Source of the DNA: Raillietiella orientalis
Lineage: Eukaryota
Assembly: GCA_036172245.1 (NCBI GenBank)
Contig: JAYWIR010000036.1
Location: 1,488,001 to 1,552,000 of the forward strand
Length of the DNA stretch: 64,000 bases
Direction of reading: 5' to 3'
Made by a program: the position numbers and the translations under genes
Notes under the pieces: model-generated
What the model was told of the DNA's origin: nothing
The model's input: the letters and a program-made list of their open reading frames with translations, nothing else
Databases searched by the model: none
Part shown: positions 33,201 through 45,000 of the stretch, piece by piece
Layout of the letters: every line of letters starts with the position of its first letter
How positions within the stretch are numbered: position 1 is the first letter of the stretch

Positions 33201-34495
33201 GTTCCATTCCCAGCTTCTACGAGCGATCGAAGTTTCATCTCCACTCGTCCGCCTCGTTTCTTCATGGAACGCGAGGTTCGTGAGTGGAGGACATTAAAAG
33301 GTCCCCGTGCTGTGTGGGGTCTTCGTGATCCTCCGAATTTCGTTCCGATCGACAACTTTGCCTGGGATGGAGGCGCCCACGCACCCTTGCCCACGCACAC
33401 CTTTTTCGTGTTGCCATTCCGGGCCGGGTGGGGTCGTCGTCTTGCCAGTTCACCGGAATCTCCCGGTCGACGTAGCAGCGCTCGTTCGCGTTGCTTCTCG
33501 CTGGCCGTGGGTCGAGCGTGGCAGGCGCGTAGGTTGGGTTCGGTTCGCGAATTTGAGGAGGAAGAGCCGATGCTGCTGACGGCGGGCGAAAAGTCTTCTC
33601 CTTGTCACACCGGAAGCGACGGGGACGTTCCCCCCGTTTTCCTTTTTCGCTGTTGGGCTTTCGGTGACCAGCCGAAGTCGCGCGTGTCGTTTCAAAATCA
33701 GAATAATTCGGATACGCGGTCTTTCGCCGCCGATGACGGAGGTCGCACTCATTTCAGGGAAATTCGGCGCGGAATTCCGGTTCATGATCACCATGGCAAT
33801 CGCCTCGGGAATTCCAGACAGGCAGCCAGAGAAGGGATTTTCATGGTTGTCGTGAGCAGAATTTCCATGGCAGCCCCGGGCATGAGTAAGGACTAACTAT
33901 TGGTTGCAAATAACACATGTGTCATTCGTATGATTGTTGATGATGATTTTTTTTTCTTTTCTCTCGGTCTTTTGCAGTTCTGACTCCCGTGATTATCGAC
34001 GCGCTCTCCCGACGTAAAACGCTGCAAAGGTACCCATGGCTGAACGCTCCTCTGCAGGTACTGCTCTTATGTGGTTTGTTCGCGTTTACCGTGGCCGAAC
34101 GGATTACGTCATCGGATCCGTTGCCTTACATCCCACCCGGAAGCTCCGTCGCGACGATCACCCGTCGTGCGCTCTTGACCGAGCCGTTGTTGCCCTTCTC
34201 AGATCCTGATCTGCGGATTTATCCTGACGTTCACAACCCCGCTGTGCTGTGCGTTGTTCCCGCAAAAGTCTTCTCTTCCCTTAGCCAGAGCGGAAAAAGA
34301 CATCCAGGTTAGTGCGGATGCCAGGGGAAGCGCCGAGTCCACACTTTCGGTGGCTTCCCGGCTTCCAAATCCCGTAAACGGACGTTTTCCGAGGGGCGGT
34401 CGCGAAAACTCGGGATTTCCGTGTGTCCTTTCCAGGAAGCTGCGAAAAACCTGCCTCATCCCGTCACGCACGTCTACTACAACAAGGGGTTGTAG
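25977..34495 (+). CDS. SFXN1: Sideroflexin (SFXN1/3-like mitochondrial inner-membrane carrier), 316 aa. Exons 25977-26122, 27092-27262, 28422-28520, 32208-32283, 32334-32419, 33758-33885, 33978-34057, 34203-34307, 34436-34495
   Basis: The joined exons give 951 nt in frame with GT-AG introns. Family motifs: [95 protein letters not shown] and the C-terminal YYNKGL*. The paralog assignment is approximate. Confidence 0.95.
30192..30247. repeat. (CT)n-(CCCT)n compound microsatellite
   Basis: Directly visible in sideroflexin intron 3. Confidence 0.9.
30688..31376 (+). repeat. Hairpin-rich GC-rich repeat, copy C (candidate rDNA 5'ETS remnant or SINE-like body), abutting the 18S fragment
   Basis: Aligns by eye with the reverse complement of 53576-54050 and of about 62165-62434. 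Contains UUCG-type hairpins (GACC-TTCG-GGTC 30902-30913; CCC-TTCG-GGG 31180-31189) and a B-box-like GGTTCGAATAC at 30752. Confidence 0.7.
31377..31611 (+). pseudogene. 18S rRNA: 18S rRNA 5'-terminal fragment (about 235 nt, truncated and diverged) inside sideroflexin intron 3
   Basis: TACCTGGTTGATCCTGCCAG...TTGTCTCAAAGATTAAGCCATGCATGTCTAA...GCGAATGGCTCATTAAATCAGTTATGGTTC...GGATAACTGTGGCAATTCTAGAGCTAAT matches the conserved eukaryotic SSU 5' end. It lacks about 9 nt of the usual TAGTCATATG and stops within the V2 region. Confidence 0.95.
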
Positions 34496-34695
34496 CCGAT
34501 CCAAGCGACGGGCCGGCGTAGAGTGGGAACCCGTTACCCGGTGGTGTCGAGTAATGCTGGAGTCTGCAGCATGGTCTCCGGATTGGTCGTGGTCACGGGA
34601 ACAAAAACGTCCGCACCCCTTGTGGTACACTTAGACAAATGTAACTGTAACTCTGTTGAAGCTGGATGGTGCTCTCTGTGTGACGTCACTTTGAA

Positions 34696-34701
34696 AATAA
34701 A
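34696..34701 (+). terminator. Probable poly(A) signal of the sideroflexin gene
   Basis: AATAAA about 200 nt downstream of the TAG at 34495. Confidence 0.55.
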
Positions 34702-37688
34702 CCAGGAATGAAAGGGGGAAAAAAGGTGGCGTGACTTTCAAGCGCACTGGCCGAGCGTGTGTGTGAGGGGGGTGGGGGTGGGGGTCGATCTTTCCCCGCA
34801 GATCGAAGTCCTTGTAGTGACGACCAGCTGGCAAGAATTCGGAAAAGAAGGGCGATGGATAACGGCATTCCGACGGTCAAGCCACTCGAGAAAGGAAGAG
34901 TTCCCGAATCCTGGAGGAAATCCATCTTCCGTCTCCTGTCCACGACTTGTCCGTCGGTGGCATCGGCGAGGATGGAGCCTTCGGACAGCAGCAGAATGCT
35001 TTTCCCACCCCCAACTTTCCCGTCTCGCACGCGCGTGCTCTTCGTCCAGCACCCCGGAAGGGATCGTACCCGTGCCAGGTTCGTCGTCCGCGCGCGCGGC
35101 TTTTCCCACCCGCGCCTGCGTTGCCTTCCCAATCGGCCGCCGCGACCCTGTTGCCTTCACGCGGGCCAGGGGGGAGGGAGGGGAGGGACTGCGGGTGGCG
35201 GTTCTCTCTGCACTCCGGGATCGCTTGGCCCGGGGCAACGGTCGCGTCCGCTGGGAGGACGGTGAGGAGGTCGTGTCGGAGGGCGTCCTTGGGCGTCGGC
35301 GAACTTTGCAGGCGCGGAGTCCCCCTGGTTTGATTCCTCGCTCGCCGGCCGGTCGGCGGAAGCCCCCTCAGCCCGCTAGGCTCGTGCTCCGCGGCTCCCA
35401 GGGGCGCAGCTGCTGCGCGCCCCGGAGCTGCACTCCACTCCGGGAGTGACTTTCCGCGGAAGGTGCGCTGCGGAGGTCCGAGGAATGCGCGGAGGCAGCA
35501 GCCCTTCCTCTTTGCCGGAGACAAACGCCGGTTTCCTCAGCACCATAGCGTCACGGGGAGGTGCTGCCGCCCATCGCGTTTCCGTGGCTTCGCGCCCTGT
35601 CTGACCCGCCACGGCGGTGGCGTGGAGCCGTGGTCCGCTTCGCGGTCCGTCACGTCATGGGCATCCACGGTCTGCGTGCTTTGCAGAGCTCTTTGCCTGA
35701 CCGAGTATTGGCGGCGCGGGCAGCCTCCTTGGGATGGGGGGAAGGGAGTGGAATCCTGCGGTGCGGTCATGCTCCCCGACTCGGAGTGTCGATCGGGCCG
35801 GACAGCGGGAAGCGCCCCTCTCCCTGCGGCCGCGTTTCGGGTTTCCAGGACTGCGGTCTGGCCGTTGCTGCAGGAGCGCCTCCGCACCGCCGGGAAGATC
35901 GGGAAGCGGTTTGACCGTGGGACGCTCCTCTAGCCGACCCAGGGGCTGCGGCGGGGTCGCCATGATACTGCGTCCTTTCCCGCATTTTTCCGCGGACTCC
36001 CGGAGCTCAGCAGCCCAGGAGTCCGCGGCAAAAAATTTGTTTCTCTTTCGTCGTCTCTTCCAGATCTTTCACCTCCCCCCCCCTCTCTCTCTCGCGGCCT
36101 GGCTCGAGATAAACATCGGGAAGAAATTTATGGTCGTCGTGGCGCCCGATCCTCCGCCGCGCGGGTCGCTGCCGACGCCCGGCATTCCAAGAGCCGCCCG
36201 CGTCCCCGCCGCCTACGTTTCGCCGCGTTCCGCTTCCGAAAGGGTCGACCTCCCCTCGACGTACGTTCGGGATGCAACGCCCTTTCGGCGGCTACCGCCT
36301 TCCGGAATTTCATTCTTCCGGGAGTGTCCCCATCCTCCGCGCGCACGGAAGATGCACGAAGAGCACCGCCGCTCCAGATGGAAAATCTCGCAAGCTGTAG
36401 TTCTCCTTCCCCCCCACCCCTTTTCCTTTTTCCCCCTTTTCGTGAGTAGGCGCGTTCCTCGATCGAAATGCGCTGTCATGCGCGCCCCAGTCCCCGAGCA
36501 CCGCTGGCCGCCGCCTCCCTTTGCGTTCCTTCCGGTGAGTCTCCGTCGTGGTTCGTCGGCAGCTTGCAGCTGCGACCTGTCCGGACGTGCACGCCAAACA
36601 GGTCGGAGGTTCAGTCGGACGGGAAAGGGGGACTTTCCTACTCAGGGTTGCCAGAACCCTGTCTGGGGAAGACGCAGTGGTAGATGGGACTCTGCCTCAG
36701 CAGCTTGTTCCGGGTCCCCTGGAGGTGCTGCCATTGCACGTTCCACGAAGACCGCGAAAACGAAAAGGCTGTGCGGGGGAGAGGGAGGGGAGGGAAGAGT
36801 GAGGAGGAAGAGGGGCAAGCGCGAGGCTCATCCTTATAATTCCTGCTGCCGCGGCAGCATCCATGTGCGCACGAGGCAGAGGGCTGCGACAGTGGCGCCA
36901 TCGCGCCCTCCTTTCGTGACTGGTCCGATTTTCTCTTTTCGCTGAGCAGTGCTAGATGTCACCCCACCTCTCCCCACTTTCGCGAAAGGGAGGGGTTCCT
37001 GAGGGCCGCTCTCAACATGCGTGGCCTCCTGATCGACAGCAGCAGTTGGTGAGGGAAGGAGGGAGCGTCGAGCCGAATGCACGTGGGCGTGTCTGCCCCG
37101 CCGAGCACCGGTTGCCCCCTCGCAAGTCGGAGGAAACCCCTTGAAAAGAATGGGGGTGCAAAAAAAGAAAAAGAAAGGAAAAGAAGCGCGCGCCTGCGCC
37201 GCTTCTCGTTCGGCGGGAAGGCCCGCACTTCCATTCGCATCAGGGCGCGTGCGTCCTCGCTCGGGCAGCTCGTGCCCAGATGCTAACGGGGACCAAGCCA
37301 ACCCACCAAGGCGCCATGAAGTCTCTTCCGGGTCCGCCGCTGGGCGCTCCTTCCCGCCCCCTGCCCTCCCACCTCTTCCTTTTTTCCGGCCTTTTTTTTC
37401 TTTCCAGTTTCGGTTCCGCGGGGACGAACACTCTTTGAGCTGGTCCCTCTGGCACCCCCGGATGCGCGCAAGAGAGCTTCCGGCAGTCGATCCATCCGGG
37501 GTGACTTCCAAGCTCGCGTTCTTCCGCCGGAGGTCACCGCCCAAGGCAAACCTCTGCTCTCGTGGTCTGCCTGTCTGCAGCCGGGTGCGGACCAGAGAGG
37601 AGGAGGAGGGGGGGGGGGAACAAGGAAAGACTCTAAGGCGCGCTCCCCGCCTCCGCCCCTCGCTACTGGATCCTCCATGGCGATGCTG

Positions 37689-38772
37689 CCATGGAGACGC
37701 CTCTCTTCACTGCTGCCCTCGGGGCATCTCCGGGGAGGAGACAAACTCCTCCCAAACGGGAGCCAGGAGCTTCCCGAACTCGAAAGCAAGGAGACGGTTC
37801 CCGGACGAAAAGGGGCGATCCCTCGACCCAACAGCCCTTTTCCTCCCCTCCCCTCCGGTGTTCCCGTACGGGCAGCTGGGAGGTCAAGTCCGCTTCGACC
37901 TACTCATACCCGTGCTCCCGGCTCCCGGGAGCGGGGAGGAGGAGGCGGGCGCCCGCCATTCCCGATCACCGCTGCGTAGCGTCTCCGGTCTCGGCAGGGC
38001 AGCCGCCCTGGGGCGTGAGACACGGATGCCCGGACGCCCGTAGGGGTGAGGGTTCTTCCCCCCTCCCCCTTCAGGAGGTGGGGCGTGGGCAGCAACATCA
38101 AAAATAAGGCAACTCCTCGGACCAGCAAAAGCGCAACGCGTCGGCAGAGGTTTTTTCCTTCTTATGGGCCGCGCACGCCCGGTCGCGCGAGCAGAGAAAC
38201 TGCCGGAGGCACGAAGCGTCGGCGGTCATGGCCTGAAGATAATGAAACACAGTGATATCTGACCCATCCTATAATTCACGCTGCTGCGGCAGCATCCAGG
38301 AGTCTCTCTCGTAGCGACGGTCGTTAAGCACCGCTCTGCCTACTCGGAGCAGCGTTGCGCCATCGCGCACGAGGGTCGTGAGCTGGCGCAACCCGAGTGC
38401 GCGCGCGCGAGAGAGCATCCCTTGGGGATGACGACGTCTCTGTGTGCGAGACCAGTGCGCGGTGGGGGGAGAGAGAGGGATCTCCCGGGGGATCTCCCAG
38501 CAGCGCTGCTGAGGGACTTCCTGGAGCTTCGAGGCGACGGCGATCACCTGCGGAACGGCAGATCGAGGTGGGCTCGACCTCCCTGCCGCCCGTCCGGGAA
38601 CGCCGGGGGGTAGGGGAGGAAAAGGGCCGTCGGGTCGAGGGATCACCCCTTTTCACCCGGGAACCGTCTCCTTGCTTTCGAGTTCGGGAAGCTCCTGGCT
38701 CCCGTTTGGGAGGAGTTTGTCTCCTCCCCGGAGATGCCCCGAGGGCAGCAGGGAAGAGAGGCGTTTTCATGG
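37689..38772. repeat. Long inverted repeat: arms 37689-37899 and 38562-38772 (about 210 bp each), spacer about 660 bp
   Basis: The reverse complement of the right arm aligns without gaps to the left arm. I count about 19 mismatches and an uninterrupted identical core of about 95 bp (ctgctgccctcgggg...gagacggttcccgg). Confidence 0.92.
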
Positions 38773-40884
38773 AAGCCGCCGAAGAGGGTGGGTCTCCCTG
38801 TCCGGCAGCCGCAGCGGGCGCTCCGGACTGGCGGGCGTTTCCGTCCAGGAGCCACCACCGCAGTCTCTCCCTCCCGCCCTTGCCCTGCAAGATAATGCCT
38901 CAGACAAACCGCGGCGAAGGAGGCTGCTCGCTCTCTCCTCCGGTTGCCTCGGGAGACGGAGTCGCTTTCGCCCCACTCCGCCCTGCCCTTCTCAGCGCCC
39001 CCGTCCGCGGCGTCCCTACCCGTACCGTGGTTGGCGTGCCCGACCACGCCCCGAGCCCACGCGAGGGAGGCCTCCCGCGGCGCTCGTCGCCGGCAAGGCA
39101 GGAGGAACTCAGCTCGGGCTCCTCCTCGTGGCGCGCCGCCACCTCGGACTCGGCCCTCCGCGGTTGCGACGGAGCCGCTCGAACCTGTGGGCGGAAGAGC
39201 GCAACTCTTCCCTGCGGCGAGCGAGAAAGCAGCGGGTTTGTCTCGGAGAAAAGCTACGGGGCAGCACCGGCCCCCTTGAGAGCCCCTCCGTCTCTCGTCG
39301 CTCCCCCATCCTCCGCCGGCTCGCCTCCCTTCCGCGCAACTTTCCCGCGGAAAGGAACGGCGTGCGTGCGTGCCGTGCACCCGCCTGCCGGAGCTCCACA
39401 TTCGCCTGGGGCGAAGGTGGATCCATTCTTGCGTCACTCCGAGCATTCTCTGGCGGCGCGCGCGCAGTTCCACCAGGCTTCCCTTTGGCATGCATGCGAG
39501 GGCGCAGTTGGACTCCTGCGGTGCTGATTAGCCGCAGGACGGCGGTTGATCGAATATCGCCCGGGGTAGGTTATCCCGTTGACTGAGGTGACCTCGGCCA
39601 TTCGCGGCCATCGACAGGGGATCCAGTAGTACCTCAGCTGCGCGGCCTCTCCTTCACTTTCTTTGGTTGAATGCGTTTCGCGCAGTGTGGATGGCATCAC
39701 CCTCCACCCCCTGCCGACTGCCACTCTTCCCGCGTGGTGAACAGTAGATGGACCGATGCGGTCGAGCCTCCCGTGCTACACCCCGACTCGGAATTTCAGT
39801 TCGGCGGGAGCCGTTGGAAAAACCACCTGAAGTTCCGGAAAAAACCGTGGGCTGCCTGTTTGCGCATTGGAGTTTCCGTGAGTCCCTCAGCGGATGCGAC
39901 GACCGCTGTCGAGGCAACAACCGATGACCGCAGCAAAGACGTGAAAGCTCCGGAGCGTTTCAGCAGGTGAAGGGAAGGGATGCAGTTGTGGCTGCCGCTG
40001 CCATCACCGTTGCAGCGAGCGCCACGTGGCACTGCCCCTTGCCCCATCACGTCTGTGCGCGCAGTGGACTGCACAGGTGGTCCCTTAGTCGGAGGTAACA
40101 CTAAAAGCCGGAGCACGAAAAAGGTCACGAAGGATGTGATGGTAGCGGTGGTTATGTGACTCATCGTGAATTGACTGATGGTGACACTGCAAGACTGCCG
40201 AAGAGGGCGCGCCATGAGCGTTGTTTGCTGCGTACTCTCTGCCAAAGACTTCTGCGCATAGAGACCTTCGGGAGGCGCCAACTGTTTGTTCTTCCTCGTT
40301 TCTCGCCTCAGAAAAGATCTGGGACCCGGCGCCACGCAGCAGGGATCGCTACCTTCCGAGCAATTGCAGGATCTGCGACGTACGCAGCCAGCAGTCGCCC
40401 GCAGCCTCCTGCGGACATCATGGCGCCGGATGCACGACAGTCGCAAACGACAGGCTATGCCAAGAGATGAGGCGTTCTTTCATGAAGGAGTGGTGAGTCT
40501 GGATTCGTTGAGGCCGAAGATCGGTTCCCAGAAAAACTGCGCACGCATCTCGCTCAGGGTGTGCGCGTGCCCTCTAGAACTTCTGCCCAGTTTCAACCGC
40601 TCACTCTAAGATTTGATGGTGCACCTCAATCGCCCCGAGAATGGACATTGGGTAAAGGCGAAGACTGCTCTATGGTGATGCCTGCTGTGAAGCTCACACT
40701 TTCAGGAAGTGCTGGAACGATTGAGGCGTCACATGGAGTCAGGACGCTGCGTGCACGTGGCCAACAAGATTGCCTGCGCCATGGCATCGAGAGGGCTACC
40801 CAGCGACGCGCGCTAGAGGGACAATGCATTCAGGTGCAGGGAGCTCCAGTCAACAGCGCCAAAGACCAGTTAAACTTTGCTCCA

Positions 40885-40912
40885 AATAAACTTTTTCGTG
40901 CTTCTGTTTATT
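40885..40912. terminator. Convergent poly(A) signals: AATAAA on + (40885-40890) and AATAAA on - (40907-40912)
   Basis: A short AT-rich island in GC-rich DNA. The - strand signal lies about 1.1 kb downstream of the MRL stop codon. Confidence 0.45.
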
Positions 40913-42004
40913 TGGAATGAGTCCCTTCAGCCACCTCGAAGACTGAACGGATGCAGCACACGTTGACGACAGACGGGCATGTACACTGATTGCACATACA
41001 CAGCTGTGTACGTGCATCGCGGGTAACTTATCTTAGGGCGGCGTCGCAAATATTCGGGGAAGACTCGCCCTTCCGGGGGCGAGTGACAAGTAGACATCCG
41101 ACCAGAAGCTCTACGATGCACAAGAGTGGCCGTCTTCGGGAACTGCGATCGACCGAAAGAGACGCGCACAATCTCCAGCCGCACGGGAGAAGCTCGTGCA
41201 GCCAGAGTCCTGCTTCCGTGGTTCCGGTACAAGCACACCCAATGAATCTCCCGAAAAATGAGGCAGGTCCATCGCAGAGGCGGGTGACCAAAAAGTGGAT
41301 GTGGTTTCGGAGAAGTCGTGGGATCGGACCACGGAAGGAACAAAAGAAAGGCACAGACAGAGTTTTCCGATGGCCCCCGAACCCCTCCTTCCCTCTTTCT
41401 CCCTTTTCTGCTGCTACGGCATACACGCCCGCAAAGTCTTCTCCAGCCGAGGGATGATCCGTTCTATTTCTTCTTCGCTTCTTTGCTCTGGTGAGGGACC
41501 GCGGCCTCTCTACGAGGTGGACAGCTCCATTTCCTCGCCGACAACTCTCGCCCTCTTTCCCCTCCTGAGTAATCATCACCACCACCACCACTATTACTCT
41601 TGGTCGGACATGTGCAAAACTGAACACGCCACCACCTCTTGGGCCGCCGCGCCACTCTTCGTCACGGTGCCGCAATGGCGGGGGAGGGGGGAGGAGAGAG
41701 AGGGGAAGAAAAAAAGGGTGGGCGTGTTGTATCGTGGATCGAAGAGATCAAAACAGGGCGGCGGCAGCAGCAGCCGCTCCGCCACATGGCCAACGACGCC
41801 GAGAAGACGCCCTGGGAGGAGGAGGAGGAGAGGAGGGTGGAGTTGCCTCCCGTTTCCCTGCTTTCCCGAGGCTGGAGGACAGAGCGTCGTTGGTCGTGCG
41901 GCCTCTGACCGAGTGTCATCTCTGTGGGCCTGGATCTCCCCCGCTGCCAGCTCCTTTCTTCCAGCAGCGCGAACCGAGAGGGCTAGCCTTAGGGGAGGAA
42001 GGTA

Positions 42005-45000
42005 TCAGCAGGGGCGCGGTTTGCTCAGCTGTGTGGAATCGTTCCTCCTGGGAGGAGGCGGGGGAGGCAGTTTCTTCGTGGAGGAGCGGCAGGAGTCCAT
42101 CCTGGAGAGGGAGGTAGCCTTCAGCGAGGCGCTGCGTCCGTAGTGCTGCTCCAGCCACTGGTGCACGTTGGAGGAGGAGGTCGTTCCTTTGTCCCCTGCC
42201 GCCGGGGGCGGCGCCTCCGCAACGGCCGCCACGTCCCGGAAGCCGAGGACCTCCTGTGGGTAGGACAGCTCCTCCGCCTTGAGTTTCTGCGCCACCTGCC
42301 ACTTCTTTTGCATCACGCGCTGAAGGTCGTTGAGGAATTGCCTCGGGGGAGCCACGGAAGAGTGCGGGGATCCCAGTCTGCGTGGCTCCTGCACTCCGTG
42401 GGCGCTGAGTCGCCTGAGAGACGTCGACGTCGACGACGGCGGGGGTGGCGGGGGTGGAGGTAAGGTGAAGGCGGCGGCGGCAGCGACAGAGGGATCTTCT
42501 GTCGCTCTGAGAGGCGGGGGAGGGCACGGGGTGGTAGCAAAACCACCGAAGGCGGGGGCAGGGGCAACCGTGATGCCCTCGACGCCGGCGCAAACGCCCT
42601 CGAAACCAGGCGCCCGTGGAAGAGGGCGGGCGTCCTCGGTGAGGAGTTCCGGGGGAGGGGAAGGCAGGGGAACGTGGAGGTCCGGATTTGTGTCCAAGGA
42701 GTCCAGGCTACAGCTGCTGGCATAGACTTCCGGGGGAGGAGGCGGCAGGTCGTCCTCGGGAGGCAGCGGCGGGAAGCCGGGGGTCGCCGGGTCCTCCTCC
42801 CTACGAGCGGCGGCGGCGGCGGCGGCACCTTTCCGCGAGCGGAGGCTGTTGATCTCCTCGGTGAGAGAGCGCCGCAGACCCTGGCGCAGGGACGTGCGGC
42901 ACAGCGTGCCAGACTCGTTCAGGTGACCCTCGATGTGGTCCTCGAGCTCCTGGACGATCATTCGAGTGGTTGGGGTCAGGGGCAGGCGGGCGGTTAGCGA
43001 GGGCTTGCGCTTGATGGTGCCCGTGGGGAAGTCGCTCTCGAAACCGGTGGCGCCGCCGCCGGTGTGCTCGCACACGCTCGACCCGGAGCTCGAAAGGAGG
43101 TTCTCCTGTTCGGAGCACGAGGTGGCTATCGCTGCCGCGGCGGCGGAAGAGGAAGAGGAGGAGGAGGAGGATCTGGGGACCTCCTCGTTCGAGACGAGTG
43201 TGCCGATGCTGCTGGATGAGACGGAGGCCACCGAGAAGCTGCGGATGCTGACCAGCTGGTCGATGTCTTCCTGAGCCAAGTCATCCGTTAGGGTGCGATA
43301 GTTCTCCAGGAGCTGCCTCCCGTGCTGGAAAGGAAGAGGCGGTGGCGGCAGTGCCGAGGGAGAAAAGGGAACCCGGGGGTGGTGCCCTGCCTACCTTCGC
43401 GATGCGGATTCCGGCCACCCATCTCCACAGGGTCTTCTCGTCCTCCGTGCACAGGTACTTGATGCACTTCCCCGATTTGGTCTGGATCTGCGGCTGCTTC
43501 AGCGAGAAGCAGTAGTCCGTGGGGGCCTTGAACTTCTTGCGGCAGCCGACCCCGTAATACACCTGGGTGCTCTCGAAGGTGGTCAGGCAGACGAGGTCCT
43601 TGGAGAGGCGGCTGCGTCCCTTGTGGCAGAAGTACAGCCCAGAAGCTCTCAGCACGAAGTGGCAGCGTTTCCACGCCTTCTTAGCGTCCGCTTTCAGGTA
43701 GAGCATGCCTTCCAGCTCGGGGATCCGAATCCCCGCGCCGCCGAAGCATTCCTGGGGGAGAAGGCAGCGCGGAGGTTGGTGCTTGAAGACGTGGGCGCCA
43801 CGCGCCCGATTGTCCCATGCTTACCTCGATCAGCGCCGCGCGGACCTCGTCTTCCAGGGGCCCACCGGTGTGCAGCGGGGAGAGGTAGTACTCGGGCCGC
43901 AAGAAGAGGTCATACTTGTCGGGCCTAGCCACGAACAAGAGCATGTTCTTGGAGTCGCGGTTCCAAAGCATCAGATTGTCCACAAGAAGCTCGTGGTCCT
44001 CGTAGACGCGCTCTGGGAGGGAAAGAAGCTCCAATCTATTTCCGCGGCCGTCGGCTTACCCATCATCAAGTCCGGCAGATGCTCCACCAAGCTCCAACGG
44101 AGGTCCATCTTCACGTGGTTCTTCTCGCTCAGCAGGCGCGTGACGTAGCCGCACCGCATGTTCTCGTCGACGAGCAGCGACTTGGTGCTGCCGTCGGCCG
44201 AGAAGGTTTTGATGAACAGCCGCTTGATGGTCGCCGAGCGCATCTTCTCCAGAGCCAGGCGTATCTTCTCCGCTTTGATGGCGGCGCTCTGATCGCACTG
44301 AAAGAACGAGATGAAGTCAGCTTAAGGGCTCACAATTCGGACGGGAACTTACTGATGCTCCCGAAGAGCTCGCCTTTCCCGACGACGAGGAGGCGGACGA
44401 CACGCTGATGCCACTGGATTTAGACACGTTGGTGCGATGTCCGCTGGCGCCGCTGGAAGCAGAGCTTTCGCTCGAAAGCATGGACACGTTGTCGGAAAAG
44501 GCAGAATCATTGTCGGGGCTGTCGGTCCTCAACCCTGCAAACACATCCCACGATCACGGGATGGTGGCGCCATCGCGACTCGCAGCTGGTCCACGCCAGT
44601 AGGGACGCTGCATATCCCCAGCCGACCACTCTCCCTGTGCGGGTGCGATCGAGAGGCGGAGGGTTGGCCACAAACACCTTGGGGTCGCCTCGAGCGCACT
44701 ACCTGGCACTGGCCTTTCCCGGCAGCAAAAAACGGTATGCAGGAAATGAGCTCGTACGGTACGCATCGGGCACGAGGTGCCCGTTCGCTCGCACTCGTCC
44801 GCGCTTCTTGTTTAGGGCCGAAGCACGCGCGCGGGCAAAACCTTACGTCAAACGCATCCCCACGCGTCCGGTGAGGCACACCAAGCCAGTCACGAAAGCG
44901 GTCCCAAGGCAAACCCGGAGTTACTGAACTCCTCGAAAGGAGAAAGAGCCAATGCTCCAGGACCGCGCTTCTCGAAATGACAGCGCAGATCGAGGCGGTT

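Noticed and set aside
34058..34090. Intron start translating as VLLLCGLF, resembling the next exon (ILICGF), as a duplicated exon
   Set aside because: The similarity is short and weak at the DNA level; probably coincidence.
34700..42000. Many long overlapping ORFs (up to 403 aa) on both strands
   Set aside because: They are R/P/G/S-rich, lack recognisable domains and overlap in several frames, as expected where high GC makes stop codons scarce.
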